Source: Candidatus Bathyarchaeota archaeon
GTDB lineage: Archaea; Thermoproteota; Bathyarchaeia; Bathyarchaeales; Bathycorpusculaceae
DNA length: 64,000 nucleotides
Assembly (NCBI GenBank): GCA_963770935.1
Contig: CAVYRJ010000009.1
Coordinates: forward strand, 128,001 to 192,000
Direction: 5' to 3'
The notes beneath the pieces were generated by a model. It was not told where the DNA came from. It did no database searches and saw only the letters and a list, made by a program, of their open reading frames with translations. The position numbers and the translations under genes are program-made. Every line of letters begins with the position of its first letter. Positions within the stretch are counted from its first letter, which is position 1. This document shows positions 51,089 through 61,630 of this stretch, in pieces.

Positions 51089-51877
51089 CTATTTCTCTCT
51101 CTTAAAAGTCCCTTGTCCGCCTGCTTGAGAAATGTTGGTAACTACGTTTTCACTTACGTTATCGAGCACTTCTTCGGCACGTTTCCAATTGTCAGCTGAA
51201 ACTTCAACACTGTATTTTGGGGCAGCGATTACTGAGAATTCGATTTTGGCGTCTTTTGCTTCTTGGGCTTTCTTGGCTCGACTGAATGCTTCTTGGATAC
51301 ATCGGACACCGTTTGGCTTCATGCAACGAACCTCAATGACACCTTTGACTTTTACTGTCTTAATTTTTATGCGTTCTTCTGCAACTTGGGCAATAACTTT
51401 GGCTAGGTCTTCGGGAATTGCGAGTTTAGTTAAGATTTCTGCGCCTTCTTTTACTACTTTTTCGAAGCCATCGTATAGACCGAATTTTTCTTCAAGTATA
51501 ACTCCTGCTTTTTGGTAGACTTCATGGATGGGTAAACCCGACTTCTCAGCTACGGCATGCAGAAGCGCATCTCCTTTGCGGTCTTTTTTCCATGATTTAA
51601 TTTTTTCTATACGTTCACGTTTGGTAACTCGTCTTAACGATAGGTCAATGTGTCCTTTTTCAACGTCTACGCGGAGAACTTTCAGGACCATTTTCTGGTT
51701 TTCGCGGACGAAGTCGCGGACGTTTCTTATTCGGGCACTGGATATTTCGGAGATATGAAGAAAACCTCGTCTACTGTATTCATCTAGGTTAGCGTATGCT
51801 CCGTAATCCATCACACTCTCTACCGTGGCAATAACAAGGTCGCCCGATTCAGGCCATTCAGGTTTATGTTCAGACAT
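51089..51877 (-). CDS. eif2a: Translation initiation factor 2 alpha subunit (aIF2a)
   Basis: PESGDLVIATV, GFLHISEIS, KVLRVDVEKGHIDLSLRRV, AAPKY. Confidence 0.96.
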   Translation of the reverse strand: MSEHKPEWPESGDLVIATVESVMDYGAYANLDEYSRRGFLHISEISSARIRNVRDFVRENQKMVLKVLRVDVEKGHIDLSLRRVTKRERIEKIKSWKKDRKGDALLHAVAEKSGLPIHEVYQKAGVILEEKFGLYDGFEKVVKEGAEILTKLAIPEDLAKVIAQVAEERIKIKTVKVKGVIEVRCMKPNGVRCIQEAFSRAKKAQEAKDAKIEFSVIAAPKYSVEVSADNWKRAEEVLDNVSENVVTNISQAGGQGTFKREK

Positions 51878-52128
51878 TATTTACATCCTACTTAGCGGAC
51901 AAATCGACTTTTTACAAGTAAAAAGTCTCATAATAAAACTTGTTACTTAAAAGATAAGGTTTTCTACTTGAAAAAATGTGTTTTGACTAAGATAGTGAAA
52001 AGTAGCTGTTTTAGATTTTTTTTAACCTTGACGACAGAAATTTTGAGAACGCTATTGGATTGTCATTCTTAAATATCTCTTGATTATAGTAGTAAATTAG
52101 GAAAGCTCTGACTTTTGGAGAGATTTAA

Positions 52129-54159
52129 ATGAAGAATCGAATCTGCCTTTTCTTAATAATTATCTTGTTAATCCCGGCGTTTTCAGGTATCGTAACTCAA
52201 GATGTTTTCGCGCAGACTCCAAACCTTCTGGATCCGCGAGTTATCCCTAAATGGGTAAACCAACTTGCCGGAGCTCCCCCAATCTATGTTCCAAACAACG
52301 TTACAGACGACTCTGGCAAACTAATACGACAAGAATACGTCGTTAACGTGCGTGAATTTGAGCAACAAATATTGCCAATTATGGATTCCAGTGGAAAACC
52401 AACTGGATTCGGATCAACTAAAGTTTGGGGATTTGAGGGAACAGCCAAAGATGCGGTAACAGGAGAAACCTTGGGTTTAATCCAGAGCACTCCAGGATGC
52501 ACTTTTGAAGCTATTCGCGGTGTTCCAGCTCAAGTGAAATGGGTAAATAACCTTATCGACGCTTCAGGAAACCCTTTATCACATATGTTTGCTGTTGACC
52601 CAACAATAGATTGGGCCAACCCTAACAATATGGAGATGCCTAACTCAATTTCTGCCCCGCCATTTCCAAGCGGTTATCCTCAAGCCCAAAGTCCAGTTCC
52701 CATTGTGATGCATTTACATGGAGGGGAAGTTTCGCCGAGTTCGGATGGAAACCCTGAAGCATGGTGGACCCCAAATGGTTTACACGGAGATGCATATAGT
52801 ACTGAGTTGCCAACTGATCCTAATGCAGCAGTGTTTAGTTACCCCAATGAGCAGCAAGCCGCCACACTTTGGTATCATGACCACGCTATGGGAATAACTC
52901 GTCTTAATGTTATGTCTGGACTTGCTGGTTTCTACTTGCTGAGAAACCCTAGCGATTCGGTTGAGGATTTGTTGCCTAGTGGCGAGTTTGAAATTCCTCT
53001 TGCGATTCAGGATAGGAATTTTCTCTCTGACGGCTCACTTTATTTCCCCACTGAAGGCAGCGCACCATCGGTTCATCCATATTGGAACTCCACGTTTTTT
53101 GGGAACACCATAATGGTGAATGGAAAGGTGTGGCCAAATATGGATGTTAAACAAGGTCAGTACCGTATTCGAATTTTGGATGGGTCAAACTCTCGCTTCT
53201 ACCTATTGCATTTCTCAAACAACATGCGTTTTACACAAATAGGAAGTGATGGCGGGTACCTTAAAGCCCCAGCATCACTCACTGTCCTTAGGATTTCGCC
53301 GGGTGAACGAGTTGACCTGTTGGTAGATTTCTCTAACGTGTTGCCTGGCGAAAAAATTATTCTCGAAAATTTGGATTCAACAGCGAATGATGCAAAGCAA
53401 ACTTTGGGTCAAATTATGCAATTCACAGTCACTGACAATAAAGGGGTATCACCGCAGTCTTTGCCCTCAGAATTAAATCCGACGCTGACAGGTAACTTTC
53501 CAAATTTGCCTTCGCCTTCTAAAACTAGAACATTTACTTTAGTTGAGCAAGCCGTGCCTGAGACGTTATCGATGCTGCTTGATGGACAACGGTGGAGCGC
53601 GCCAGTTTCTGAGAATCCCGAATTAGGTTCAACTGAAGATTGGGTAATTGTCAATCCGACAATGAATTCACATCCAATTCATCTGCATCTTGTCCAGTTC
53701 CAACTTGTTGAGCGCCGTAGATTTGATTCCAATGAATATTTTACTGATTGGACAGCCCTAAATGGCGACCTTCCTCTGAATCATAGCACCATTAATGTTG
53801 CTTCGTTAGATCAGTACCTGATTGGTGAGCCTATTAAACCCGCTTTTAGTGAACAGGGCTGGAAAGACACTATTCAAGCTGAAGCTGGCATGGTTACGGT
53901 GATTAGAATTAGATTTGCACCCCAAGACGGTTCTGATTACAAGTTTGATCCAACAGTTGGTTCTGGGTACGTTTGGCACTGCCATATTCTTGATCATGAG
54001 GACAACGAAATGATGCGCCCATTGATGATAGTTGCAGCTACTCCCCAAACGGGGTCGCTGTTGTTTGTCGCCGCCGGCGCTGTTGTCGCGGTGGTTGCAT
54101 TGGTGTTTGGGTGGGTTGTTTTCAAACGTGTTTGGAACCGTTCTATTAAAAAAGAATAA
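52129..54159 (+). CDS. Secreted, C-terminally anchored multicopper oxidase (CotA/bilirubin oxidase type)
   Basis: Signal peptide; HLHG, WYHDH, HPIHLH and WHCHILDHEDNEMM copper motifs all intact; C-terminal TM helix. Confidence 0.93.
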   Translation: MKNRICLFLIIILLIPAFSGIVTQDVFAQTPNLLDPRVIPKWVNQLAGAPPIYVPNNVTDDSGKLIRQEYVVNVREFEQQILPIMDSSGKPTGFGSTKVWGFEGTAKDAVTGETLGLIQSTPGCTFEAIRGVPAQVKWVNNLIDASGNPLSHMFAVDPTIDWANPNNMEMPNSISAPPFPSGYPQAQSPVPIVMHLHGGEVSPSSDGNPEAWWTPNGLHGDAYSTELPTDPNAAVFSYPNEQQAATLWYHDHAMGITRLNVMSGLAGFYLLRNPSDSVEDLLPSGEFEIPLAIQDRNFLSDGSLYFPTEGSAPSVHPYWNSTFFGNTIMVNGKVWPNMDVKQGQYRIRILDGSNSRFYLLHFSNNMRFTQIGSDGGYLKAPASLTVLRISPGERVDLLVDFSNVLPGEKIILENLDSTANDAKQTLGQIMQFTVTDNKGVSPQSLPSELNPTLTGNFPNLPSPSKTRTFTLVEQAVPETLSMLLDGQRWSAPVSENPELGSTEDWVIVNPTMNSHPIHLHLVQFQLVERRRFDSNEYFTDWTALNGDLPLNHSTINVASLDQYLIGEPIKPAFSEQGWKDTIQAEAGMVTVIRIRFAPQDGSDYKFDPTVGSGYVWHCHILDHEDNEMMRPLMIVAATPQTGSLLFVAAGAVVAVVALVFGWVVFKRVWNRSIKKE

Positions 54160-54401
54160 TATGATGTCCGTTAAGGATGGGATTCAGTCACACCTTGCAC
54201 ATTAAACGCTTTCCGCTCGATCATAGCCCCAATTAATCTACAATAATGAATTTTGAAAACGGAAAATGCCGCGACTGCAAGTAATGTCAATACAAGTTAT
54301 TTTTGGTTTTTGCCAGCGGCATTTATATGTTGACGTGTATCTTTGAATAAACATAAAATGCGCTGTATTGTTGGGTTAGGTGAGGAGAGCTGTCAAATAA
54401 C

Positions 54402-55313
54402 TTGAAAAAAGAACCTTCATTGGCTTTTGGTGGACAAGCTCTAATTGAAGGAGTAATGATTCGTTCCAGAAAACACGTTGTTGCCTGCGTAAGAACCCCA
54501 AAAAAGGAAATAGTTACCGACATAAAACAGATCAATCCCATTTCGGAAAAATACAGGATTCTCGGGTTCCCATTTTTCAGAGGCATTGTGAACATGGTTG
54601 AAAGCCTGCATATTGGCATCAAAAGCATAATGTTTTCTGCGAATAATGCATTTGAAATTGAAGGCGAAGATGGCAAAGGACCAGAAAAGATAGAATTTGG
54701 GGTTTTGGAGATAGCAGTGCTTATTGCGGGCGTTTTGGGTATAACAGCTGTTTTTTTCCTAGCGCCCTTCCTTTTATCTACATGGCTGGGACTCGAGGTG
54801 GGCAGCCTCGTCTTCAATGTTGCTGAAGCAATCATACGCCTAGCGATGTTTGTAGGTTACTTATCAGCCATCTCGTTGTGGGGTCAATACAAGCGGGTAC
54901 TTATGTACCATGGCGCAGAACACAAAGCCATCAATGCCCATGAAGCAGGAGTTCCGATGGACGTAGAGCACGTCAAGCATTATTCGCGGTTGCACCCAAG
55001 ATGCGGAACTAGCTTCTTATTCATAGTGCTAATAATCAGTATCGTTTTATTCACCATAATGCCTACGATAATGCCCAAAATGGGTTTCGCTATAAACCTA
55101 GCTTACCGTATGCTGCTAATCCCGGTTATCGCAGGAATCTCCTATGAACTGCTTAGGCTAAGCGGCAAATACAAAGATTCGCCAGTCACCAAAGTCTTCA
55201 TCGCGCCTGGCTTGGCATTTCAACACTTAACCACCAAAGAGCCCACCGACGATATGCTAGAAGTCTCAATTAAAGCAGTTACAGAAGTCAACAGATTAAT
55301 CTGCAACGCATAA
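54402..55313 (+). CDS. DUF1385 family membrane protein
   Basis: GGQALIEGVMIR, YHGAEHK, SRLHPRCGTSF, QHLTTKEP. Confidence 0.9.
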   Translation: MKKEPSLAFGGQALIEGVMIRSRKHVVACVRTPKKEIVTDIKQINPISEKYRILGFPFFRGIVNMVESLHIGIKSIMFSANNAFEIEGEDGKGPEKIEFGVLEIAVLIAGVLGITAVFFLAPFLLSTWLGLEVGSLVFNVAEAIIRLAMFVGYLSAISLWGQYKRVLMYHGAEHKAINAHEAGVPMDVEHVKHYSRLHPRCGTSFLFIVLIISIVLFTIMPTIMPKMGFAINLAYRMLLIPVIAGISYELLRLSGKYKDSPVTKVFIAPGLAFQHLTTKEPTDDMLEVSIKAVTEVNRLICNA

Positions 55314-55761
55314 TAAAGGCAACGCGAAGGTGTGCTCAAGAGCAAATTCTCAAATCGAATTGCTTCCAACCCTTTAAAGATCTCTCGATAAATTTTTTTT
55401 ATTCTAAGGATCAAAGTAAGAACAGGGAATCCAAAGGAGAAAAGCTTTCGCCCAAAGAGAAAATATATCTGATAAAACAGTCGCGTTTAAGATATTGACA
55501 AAGCTGTTTTTGGTAGATATATTTGTATAATTTAAGTTTCTTTCTGGTTGTTGTAAGCGTTTTGTGTGCACAAGCTCGCTGGGCGGATATTTCTAAGCTT
55601 TCCTTTTGGTTTTGGGTTGTGGTTTGGGTTTTGTTTGGTTGTTGTTGAAATGATGGAGTCTTTTACATATTGGTTGTTGTTGATTGTAAAGAGGTTGTTG
55701 ATTGCACTTTGACAGGTTGGGGAACTAAAAGTCATCAAAAGCCAGAAAGGGCAAGCTGTTA

Positions 55762-56352
55762 CTATTGCGCAAAGACGTAGCTTGTTTCCTTGATGACTTC
55801 ATTTTGCGATGTGCCAACCCAGATTATTCTGTAAGGAATACCAGTTGAAGGCGCTGAGTAGTCTGCAACAATACTGTAAATAGAGTTTGGAACTACTGGA
55901 TAATTGATTGTAACATTCCAGCCATTGCTATAGTACATGTATGTTTCTGCTCCCACAATGTTTGCAGGCGTTACTCTTCCTCCCGTCCAAACTAAATCTT
56001 TCACGAACACTGCAGTCTCAGGATGGTTAGATTTTATGAAGTTCATTGCAGAGTCGCGTATTTTTTCTTGCGTTGTTATCTCGGTAGGAAATGGGTATGT
56101 TGGGCTAGCTGAAACTCAGGGGTGTTGGTTTAGTAATTGGTGTTGGTGTTATTGGAAATGAAGAGATTGGCGTAGGTGAAACTGTTGGCTCAGGCGGAGG
56201 CGTGGGCGTTGGGGAGCTGTTTTGGGAAAGAAGTCTTGTTGCGGCGTAGTAACTTATCGCAACGGCTGCCAAAGCGAACACAACTATCAGAAGGGCAACT
56301 ATTATTTTGGTTATTCCATACCTTGAAGATAACAATCGCAATTTAACCACCC
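55762..56352 (-). CDS. Hypothetical membrane-anchored protein with Pro/Thr linker; +1 frameshift near 56113; start uncertain
   Basis: TM helix and PTPTPPPEP linker (ORF 56105-56461) join via ...SASPTYPFPTEITTQEKIRDSA to ORF 55762-56046. Confidence 0.6.
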
Positions 56353-56462
56353 TTTCTTTTGCTCTATAATGTATAAAAAACTTGTCAAAAAATAAGTTAA
56401 AGGCATTTTTTAATTCAATTAAAGTTCTCGCCTTGAAGGTTTTTCTAAACTCAGTTGTCACG

Positions 56463-57129
56463 TTATTTTAGGAATCTTGATTTTATGATGATTTTTCGTG
56501 AATCCCAAAATTGTTGGCAGCTAATTACCACCTTCCTTAGTGAAACACCATTCACCATTGCCAAATTGTCAATTTTGCCGACTGAAAATCTTGTTTTCGT
56601 TTGTTTCAACGGTTACTTTAGCCAAAACCATTTTTTCGATTGAAGAAGATTCGGGCGGAACCCAATCAACCTCTATTTTTGACCCCTCGGTAATCATATT
56701 GAATTTTGTTTCTGCATCTCCGATTGCAGGGGTTGGGTCAGTCATGTTTTCATCGTATCTTATCCAAACGAAGAGTTCTCTTGCCTTGCCAACTTCTTTT
56801 GGAGTGAATTTCCGATTTAAATTGAATCTGAACCCTTGGGGTAACACTATTTCTCGTCCATAACCATCCAATGCAAAGCCTTCGCTCAAACGAATGACAC
56901 CCGCAGATTTGTCAGCTGTGACTTCAAGTCCGCATACCACTCCCATCCCAAAGAGCGTTCGGTTCATCAATCTCTGTTTGTTGATGAAATAGTTTTGCTC
57001 GACCTGAAAATCTGTCGGCGTCAAAATTTTTCCAAAAAAATAGTTGTTTCGTTTAAAAATTGGGAAAGGCAATGCTTTGTTTTTTTCCCGTTTCAGCACT
57101 TTTTTGTGGAGTTTGTTTGCGGGCTTCAA
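56463..57129 (-). CDS. Protein with the N-terminal domain typical of phage-tail/contractile injection system (eCIS) fibre- and baseplate-associated proteins; probable +1 frameshift near 56585
   Basis: RNNYFFGKILTPTDFQVEQNYFINKQRLMNRTLFGMGVVCGLEV...LSEGFALDGYGREIVL; the shifted tail reads KISVGKIDNLAMVNGVSLRKVVIS. Confidence 0.65.
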
Positions 57130-57413
57130 ATATAGTCATCCCACATACCACATTAGTCGTATCTCGCATAATACATTTTTGTTTACTTAAAACTATAAAG
57201 CAAAGAAATCGTTCATCTTATATCTACTTATTTGATCTAAACTCTAATCCGCACACAGTATTTCTGCATTTAAACTCAAGATTGGCAACATCTGAGTCAA
57301 TGTTTTAGGTATTCTGAATTCATAAGGGACTAATAATCAACTCGTTAGTATGTAGTGGGGCATGGCTAATACAAACCCTCAATCAGAACGGGATAGTCAT
57401 AGATGTATCTGAA

Positions 57414-59463
57414 TTGGCTGCTTTAAACAAGAAGAGTGCCATTCGCATTTTACATGTAGATGATGACCCGCTTGTTCTGGAAACCTCAAAGCTAATTCTA
57501 ATGGATATGGACAACTTTGAAATTGACAACGCCTGCTGTGTGGATGAAGCCTTAAAAAAACTGTCAACAAGGACAATACGATGTTGTTGTTTCCGATTAT
57601 GAGATGCCTCAAAAAGATGGATTACAATTCCTAAAAGAGCTCCGAGAGCGAAACATTCAGATTCCATTCATTTTGTTTACAGGCAAAGGAAGAGAAGAAG
57701 TTGCAATTAAGGCGTTAAATCTTGGTGCAGATGGTTACCATAACAAACAAGGCTCACCCGAAACCATCTATGGCGAACTTGTCCACAGCATACGTTCATG
57801 TGTTGAGCACCAGAAAGCTAAACAAAACTTGATCAAAACCGAAACAAAATACAGCTATCTATTCTCAAACATGCTGAACGGCTTTGCACACTGCAAAATG
57901 ATCTACGACAAAGAAAACAAACCCGTAGATTTCGTTTACATTGAAGTTAATGACGCTTTTACAAAACTAACGGGGTTAAAAAAAGAAGCAGTTATTGGAA
58001 AAAAAGTTACTGAAGCAATTCCAGGAATTGAAAAAACCAACCCGGAAGTATTTGAAATCTATGGAAGAGTTGCTTTAACTGGAAAAGAAGAACAATTTGA
58101 ATTATTTTTCAGCCCAATTAAAATCTGGTTGTCCATTACTGCATATAGTCCAGAAAAAGGATACTTTATTACGTTATTTGATAACATCACTGAACGGAAA
58201 AATGCCGAAAAAAAACTAAGTGGAACTTTAGAGGTTCTTGAAAGGGTAGGTGAAGGATTAGATGTGGGTTTAGCTGTCATCGACAAGGATTATCGGGTGA
58301 TTTGGGCTAATAAACATCTAATGGATTTGGGTGTTTCTCCGAAAAAAAATTGCTATCAGACTTTTATCACAGAACAAAAAGAAACAGAGGAGAGGTTAAA
58401 GCAGGCTGAAGAAAAACACAGGACTTTGCTTAATGCTGCTAATGTGATAGTTCAATCCGTTGATGCTGAAGGCAGATATGTCTTTGTTAATGAGGAATGG
58501 AAACAGGTGTTAGGCTACACTGACAAGGACATAGAAAGAATCACCATTATGAATGTAATTCGAAAGGATCATTTACAATATTGCATGAATGTTTTCAAAC
58601 AAGTAATGAACGGAGTGTGTATTCGTAACGTTGAGACTATTTTCGTTGCTAAGGATGGAAAGGAGATTGTTGTAAGTGGAAACGCCTGTCCTATATTCAA
58701 GGATGGAAAATTTGTTTCGACAGTTGCATTCTTTGTAGATATTACTGAACGCAAAAAGAATGAGGAGAAACTAAGGGAAAGTGGTCGCAGAATTGAGATG
58801 ATGAATGAAAAGCTCCGAGTAGTGGGAAGTTTAACTAGGCATGATGTCCGTAACAAGCTTTCGGCAGTTACGGGTTATGCGTATATTCTTAAGAAAAAAC
58901 ATAGTGATTTGGCAGACGTTGTGGATGGGCTTAGCAAGATGGAGCAAGCTGTGGCAGAAACTGTTAAGATTTTTGATTTTGCCAAAATGTATGAGCAAAT
59001 TGGTGTAGAAGAGTTGACCTATGTTAATGTAGAAGAGAAACTAAAGGAAGCAGTGGCTCTCTTTTCTGGACCTATTCCAACGATAAAAAATGAGTGCCAA
59101 GGGTTAACGGTTCTTGCAGACTCATTTCTGAGACAACTATTCTACAATTTCATAGATAATACAAGAAAATACGGCGAAAAAACTACAACAATAAGAGTGC
59201 ACTATGAAAAAATGGAGGAGGACGGTCTAAAATTAGTTTATGAAGATGATGGTGTAGGCATCTCTTTTGAGAATAAACCGAGTTTATTCAAAGAAGGCTT
59301 CAGCACAGGTGGCAGCACAGGCTTTGGGCTATTTCTCACAAAAAGAATGATAGATGTTTATAGCTGGAGAATTGAGGAGAATGGTGAACCCGGCAAAGGA
59401 GCCAAATTCACCATAACCATTCCGAAATTGAACAAGAATGGAGAAGAAAATTACCTAATATAG
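57414..59463 (+). CDS. Hybrid sensor histidine kinase REC-PAS-(PAS remnant)-PAS-HisKA-HATPase; +1 frameshift near 57570
   Basis: ILHVDDD / YDVVVSDYEMP / FTGKG receiver; PAS domains ending DITERK; RHDVRN H-box, NFIDN, EDDGVG, GFGLF. Confidence 0.9.
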
Positions 59464-59748
59464 AGGTCAATTCAGAAATTAGAAATTATTGGTTCTATTC
59501 AAGTGGACAAGGTCACTTTTGAACAAACTAACGGATTCTAAAGCAAAATTTTAAAAAACTTACATCTACATGCTTAATGAGCAAAACAGCGCAAAGAGAA
59601 ATTACTAATAATCAGTAGGAATGCGACAGGTGAATATCCGACAGGTTTTTTTGTTGGGTTCTGCAGGATCAAGAATTTGGATTAAAAACTCCCTCAGAAA
59701 ATTGAGATTTCACATGCAATTCCACCTTTTTCCTATTCTTACCTATAG

Positions 59749-59844
59749 ATGCGCATGAGATTTGAACCATGAGGATAGCAAAATTAGCAAAATATTGGTG
59801 CGGGGGATTCGAATCCTAAAAGCAGTGGAGATATGACCCGCACA
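59749..59844 (-). other. Two degenerate tRNA 3'-end (T-arm/acceptor) relics
   Basis: Minus strand AGGATTCGAATCCCCCGCACCA (59796-59817) and CATGGTTCAAATCTCATGCGCAT (~59749-59771); no complete cloverleaf. Confidence 0.45.
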
Positions 59845-60057
59845 ACTCTGAATTTTTCCAACCGACATTAATTATATTTTTTCAAAAAACAGGAAAGGAG
59901 GACTAACAAAAACATATGAAAGTGGATTGTTTTCTATAAATTTTGTTTGTTTTCTCCTTTCTTTAGTGAAGAATAGACATTTCGTGTTTGAGAATAAGCC
60001 TTTTATTCAAATTGACGGATGAACGAGAATAATAACTGAACTGGGAGAAGCTATACT

Positions 60058-61257
60058 GTGAATATTATAGTTTCGCAGAAGGCAATAATGAAAGTGCTTG
60101 CAGTCATAATAATAGTCGCTATGGCTCTCGGAAGCGCTGGGGCAAGTCTCCTTGGGATAACCTTCCCATCTGAGCCTATTTTGCCGCCTTCAACCACTTC
60201 AAACACACCTATTCAAACACCAATGCCTTCTCCTAAACAAACAGCGCCCATATCTACTCCAACTCAAATCCCTGAACCCACATCAACTCCAATAGCAACC
60301 CTCACTCCCATCGCAACTCACTCACCATTCCCAATTTCTTTCTCATTTAACCCAGCTCCAACAATCCCTTTTGAGCCCACTGTTTTTCCTTCTGAGACGC
60401 CAACTCCAACACCAACGTTAACTCCAACACCGACACCAACTGTAACACCTGCACCTACCCCCTCTCCTACTGCTGCTCCAACACCAACACCCACCCCTGA
60501 TCTAACACCAACACCTACCGCTACTCCTACGCCCACTCAAGCTCCCACACCAACACCCACTCCCAGTCCTACTACATCTAGAGGTGTGATTTCAATCACT
60601 TTCGATGATGGCACACGCAGCCAATACACTACCGCATTTCCGCTGATGCGAGACAGAAACATCGTTGGAACATTCTACATACCAACAGGAAACTTCCCCG
60701 CCGACAACCCATACAACAAAATAACTACATCCGAATTGCTGCAGATGCAAAACGCCGGAAACGAAATAGGCAGCCACTCAGTCAGTCACCCCGACTTTAC
60801 CAAACTAAATGAAACACAAATACGCCAAGAATACTCCGAAAGCAAAGCAACACTACAATCCTATGGGTTAACTGTAAACAACTTTGCTTACCCTTACGGC
60901 ACAGGCGACCTTAACTATGCAAACAGCATTGCAAGCCAATATTACCGTTCTACACGAATAGTATTTTATTCGCCTATGACAATTGCGAATGCGCCATTTC
61001 AGCTTTCAGCGGTTTATGGTCAAAGTCAAGGCGCACAGTATGCCAATTTGCTTCCAGCACTAAAAAGCATGGTTGACCACACAGTAAATAGCAATCAATG
61101 GACAGTTTTCTATTTTCACAACGTCGCTAGCTACAAAGACTCTGTAACTTATGGAGGAATTAGTGTAGAAGACTTTACCAGTTTCTTAAATTACGCAAAA
61201 ACATCTGGAGCGCAAATACTAACAGTCAACCAAGCGTTGAATCTTGCTATGAAATAA
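60058..61257 (+). CDS. Membrane-anchored polysaccharide deacetylase (NodB/CE4) on a long Pro/Thr stalk
   Basis: N-terminal TM, PT repeats, ITFDDG, EIGSHSVSHP, FAYPYG, YFH. Confidence 0.88.
   Translation: MNIIVSQKAIMKVLAVIIIVAMALGSAGASLLGITFPSEPILPPSTTSNTPIQTPMPSPKQTAPISTPTQIPEPTSTPIATLTPIATHSPFPISFSFNPAPTIPFEPTVFPSETPTPTPTLTPTPTPTVTPAPTPSPTAAPTPTPTPDLTPTPTATPTPTQAPTPTPTPSPTTSRGVISITFDDGTRSQYTTAFPLMRDRNIVGTFYIPTGNFPADNPYNKITTSELLQMQNAGNEIGSHSVSHPDFTKLNETQIRQEYSESKATLQSYGLTVNNFAYPYGTGDLNYANSIASQYYRSTRIVFYSPMTIANAPFQLSAVYGQSQGAQYANLLPALKSMVDHTVNSNQWTVFYFHNVASYKDSVTYGGISVEDFTSFLNYAKTSGAQILTVNQALNLAMK
60395..60573 (+). repeat. Coding Pro-Thr low-complexity repeat
   Basis: TPTPTPTLTPTPTPTVTPAPTPSPT... 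with synonymous codon variation. Confidence 0.85.
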
Positions 61258-61411
61258 CAACATTGGCAAAACAACTACAAAGCGCAAAATTCCAGCAGAA
61301 TCAGCGACATGCGCAATCACCGCGGTAAGGATTTGAAAGAACCCGACTCATGTGAGTTTGTTGAAGACCAGAAGAAACTTGGAGATTTATGTTAGATGAG
61401 GAGGTTTTTTG

Positions 61412-61592
61412 TTGAATCAAGCTGACGCGCACTTTGCAGACTGGTTAATGTGTCCTGTCTGCAAGAAAGAAACCCGCCACTACACCAAAGACATCCCACG
61501 ATAACTCAGTTTCTAAGATGCGTCGGATATGGTGTGAGGATTGTCGTGTAATTCAGATGCAGTTTAAACAAACAAACGGAAAATGGGAATAA
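61412..61592 (+). CDS. Zinc-ribbon microprotein (~59 aa); +1 frameshift near 61493; not in the ORF track
   Basis: GGAGG SD, TTG start; MNQADAHFADWLMCPVCKKETRHYTKD/SHDNSVSKMRRIWCEDCRVIQMQFKQTNGKWE. Confidence 0.55.
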
Positions 61593-61630
61593 GTGCGCGC
61601 TCTTATATTCGTTAAAAGTAATTAGCATTT

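Noticed and set aside
55532-55738. 68-aa minus-strand ORF
   Set aside because: Low-complexity Asn/Lys/Thr composition from a GT-rich intergenic tract, with no SD or recognisable motif.
59749-59844. Intact tRNA gene
   Set aside because: No D arm or anticodon arm, and too short for a cloverleaf.
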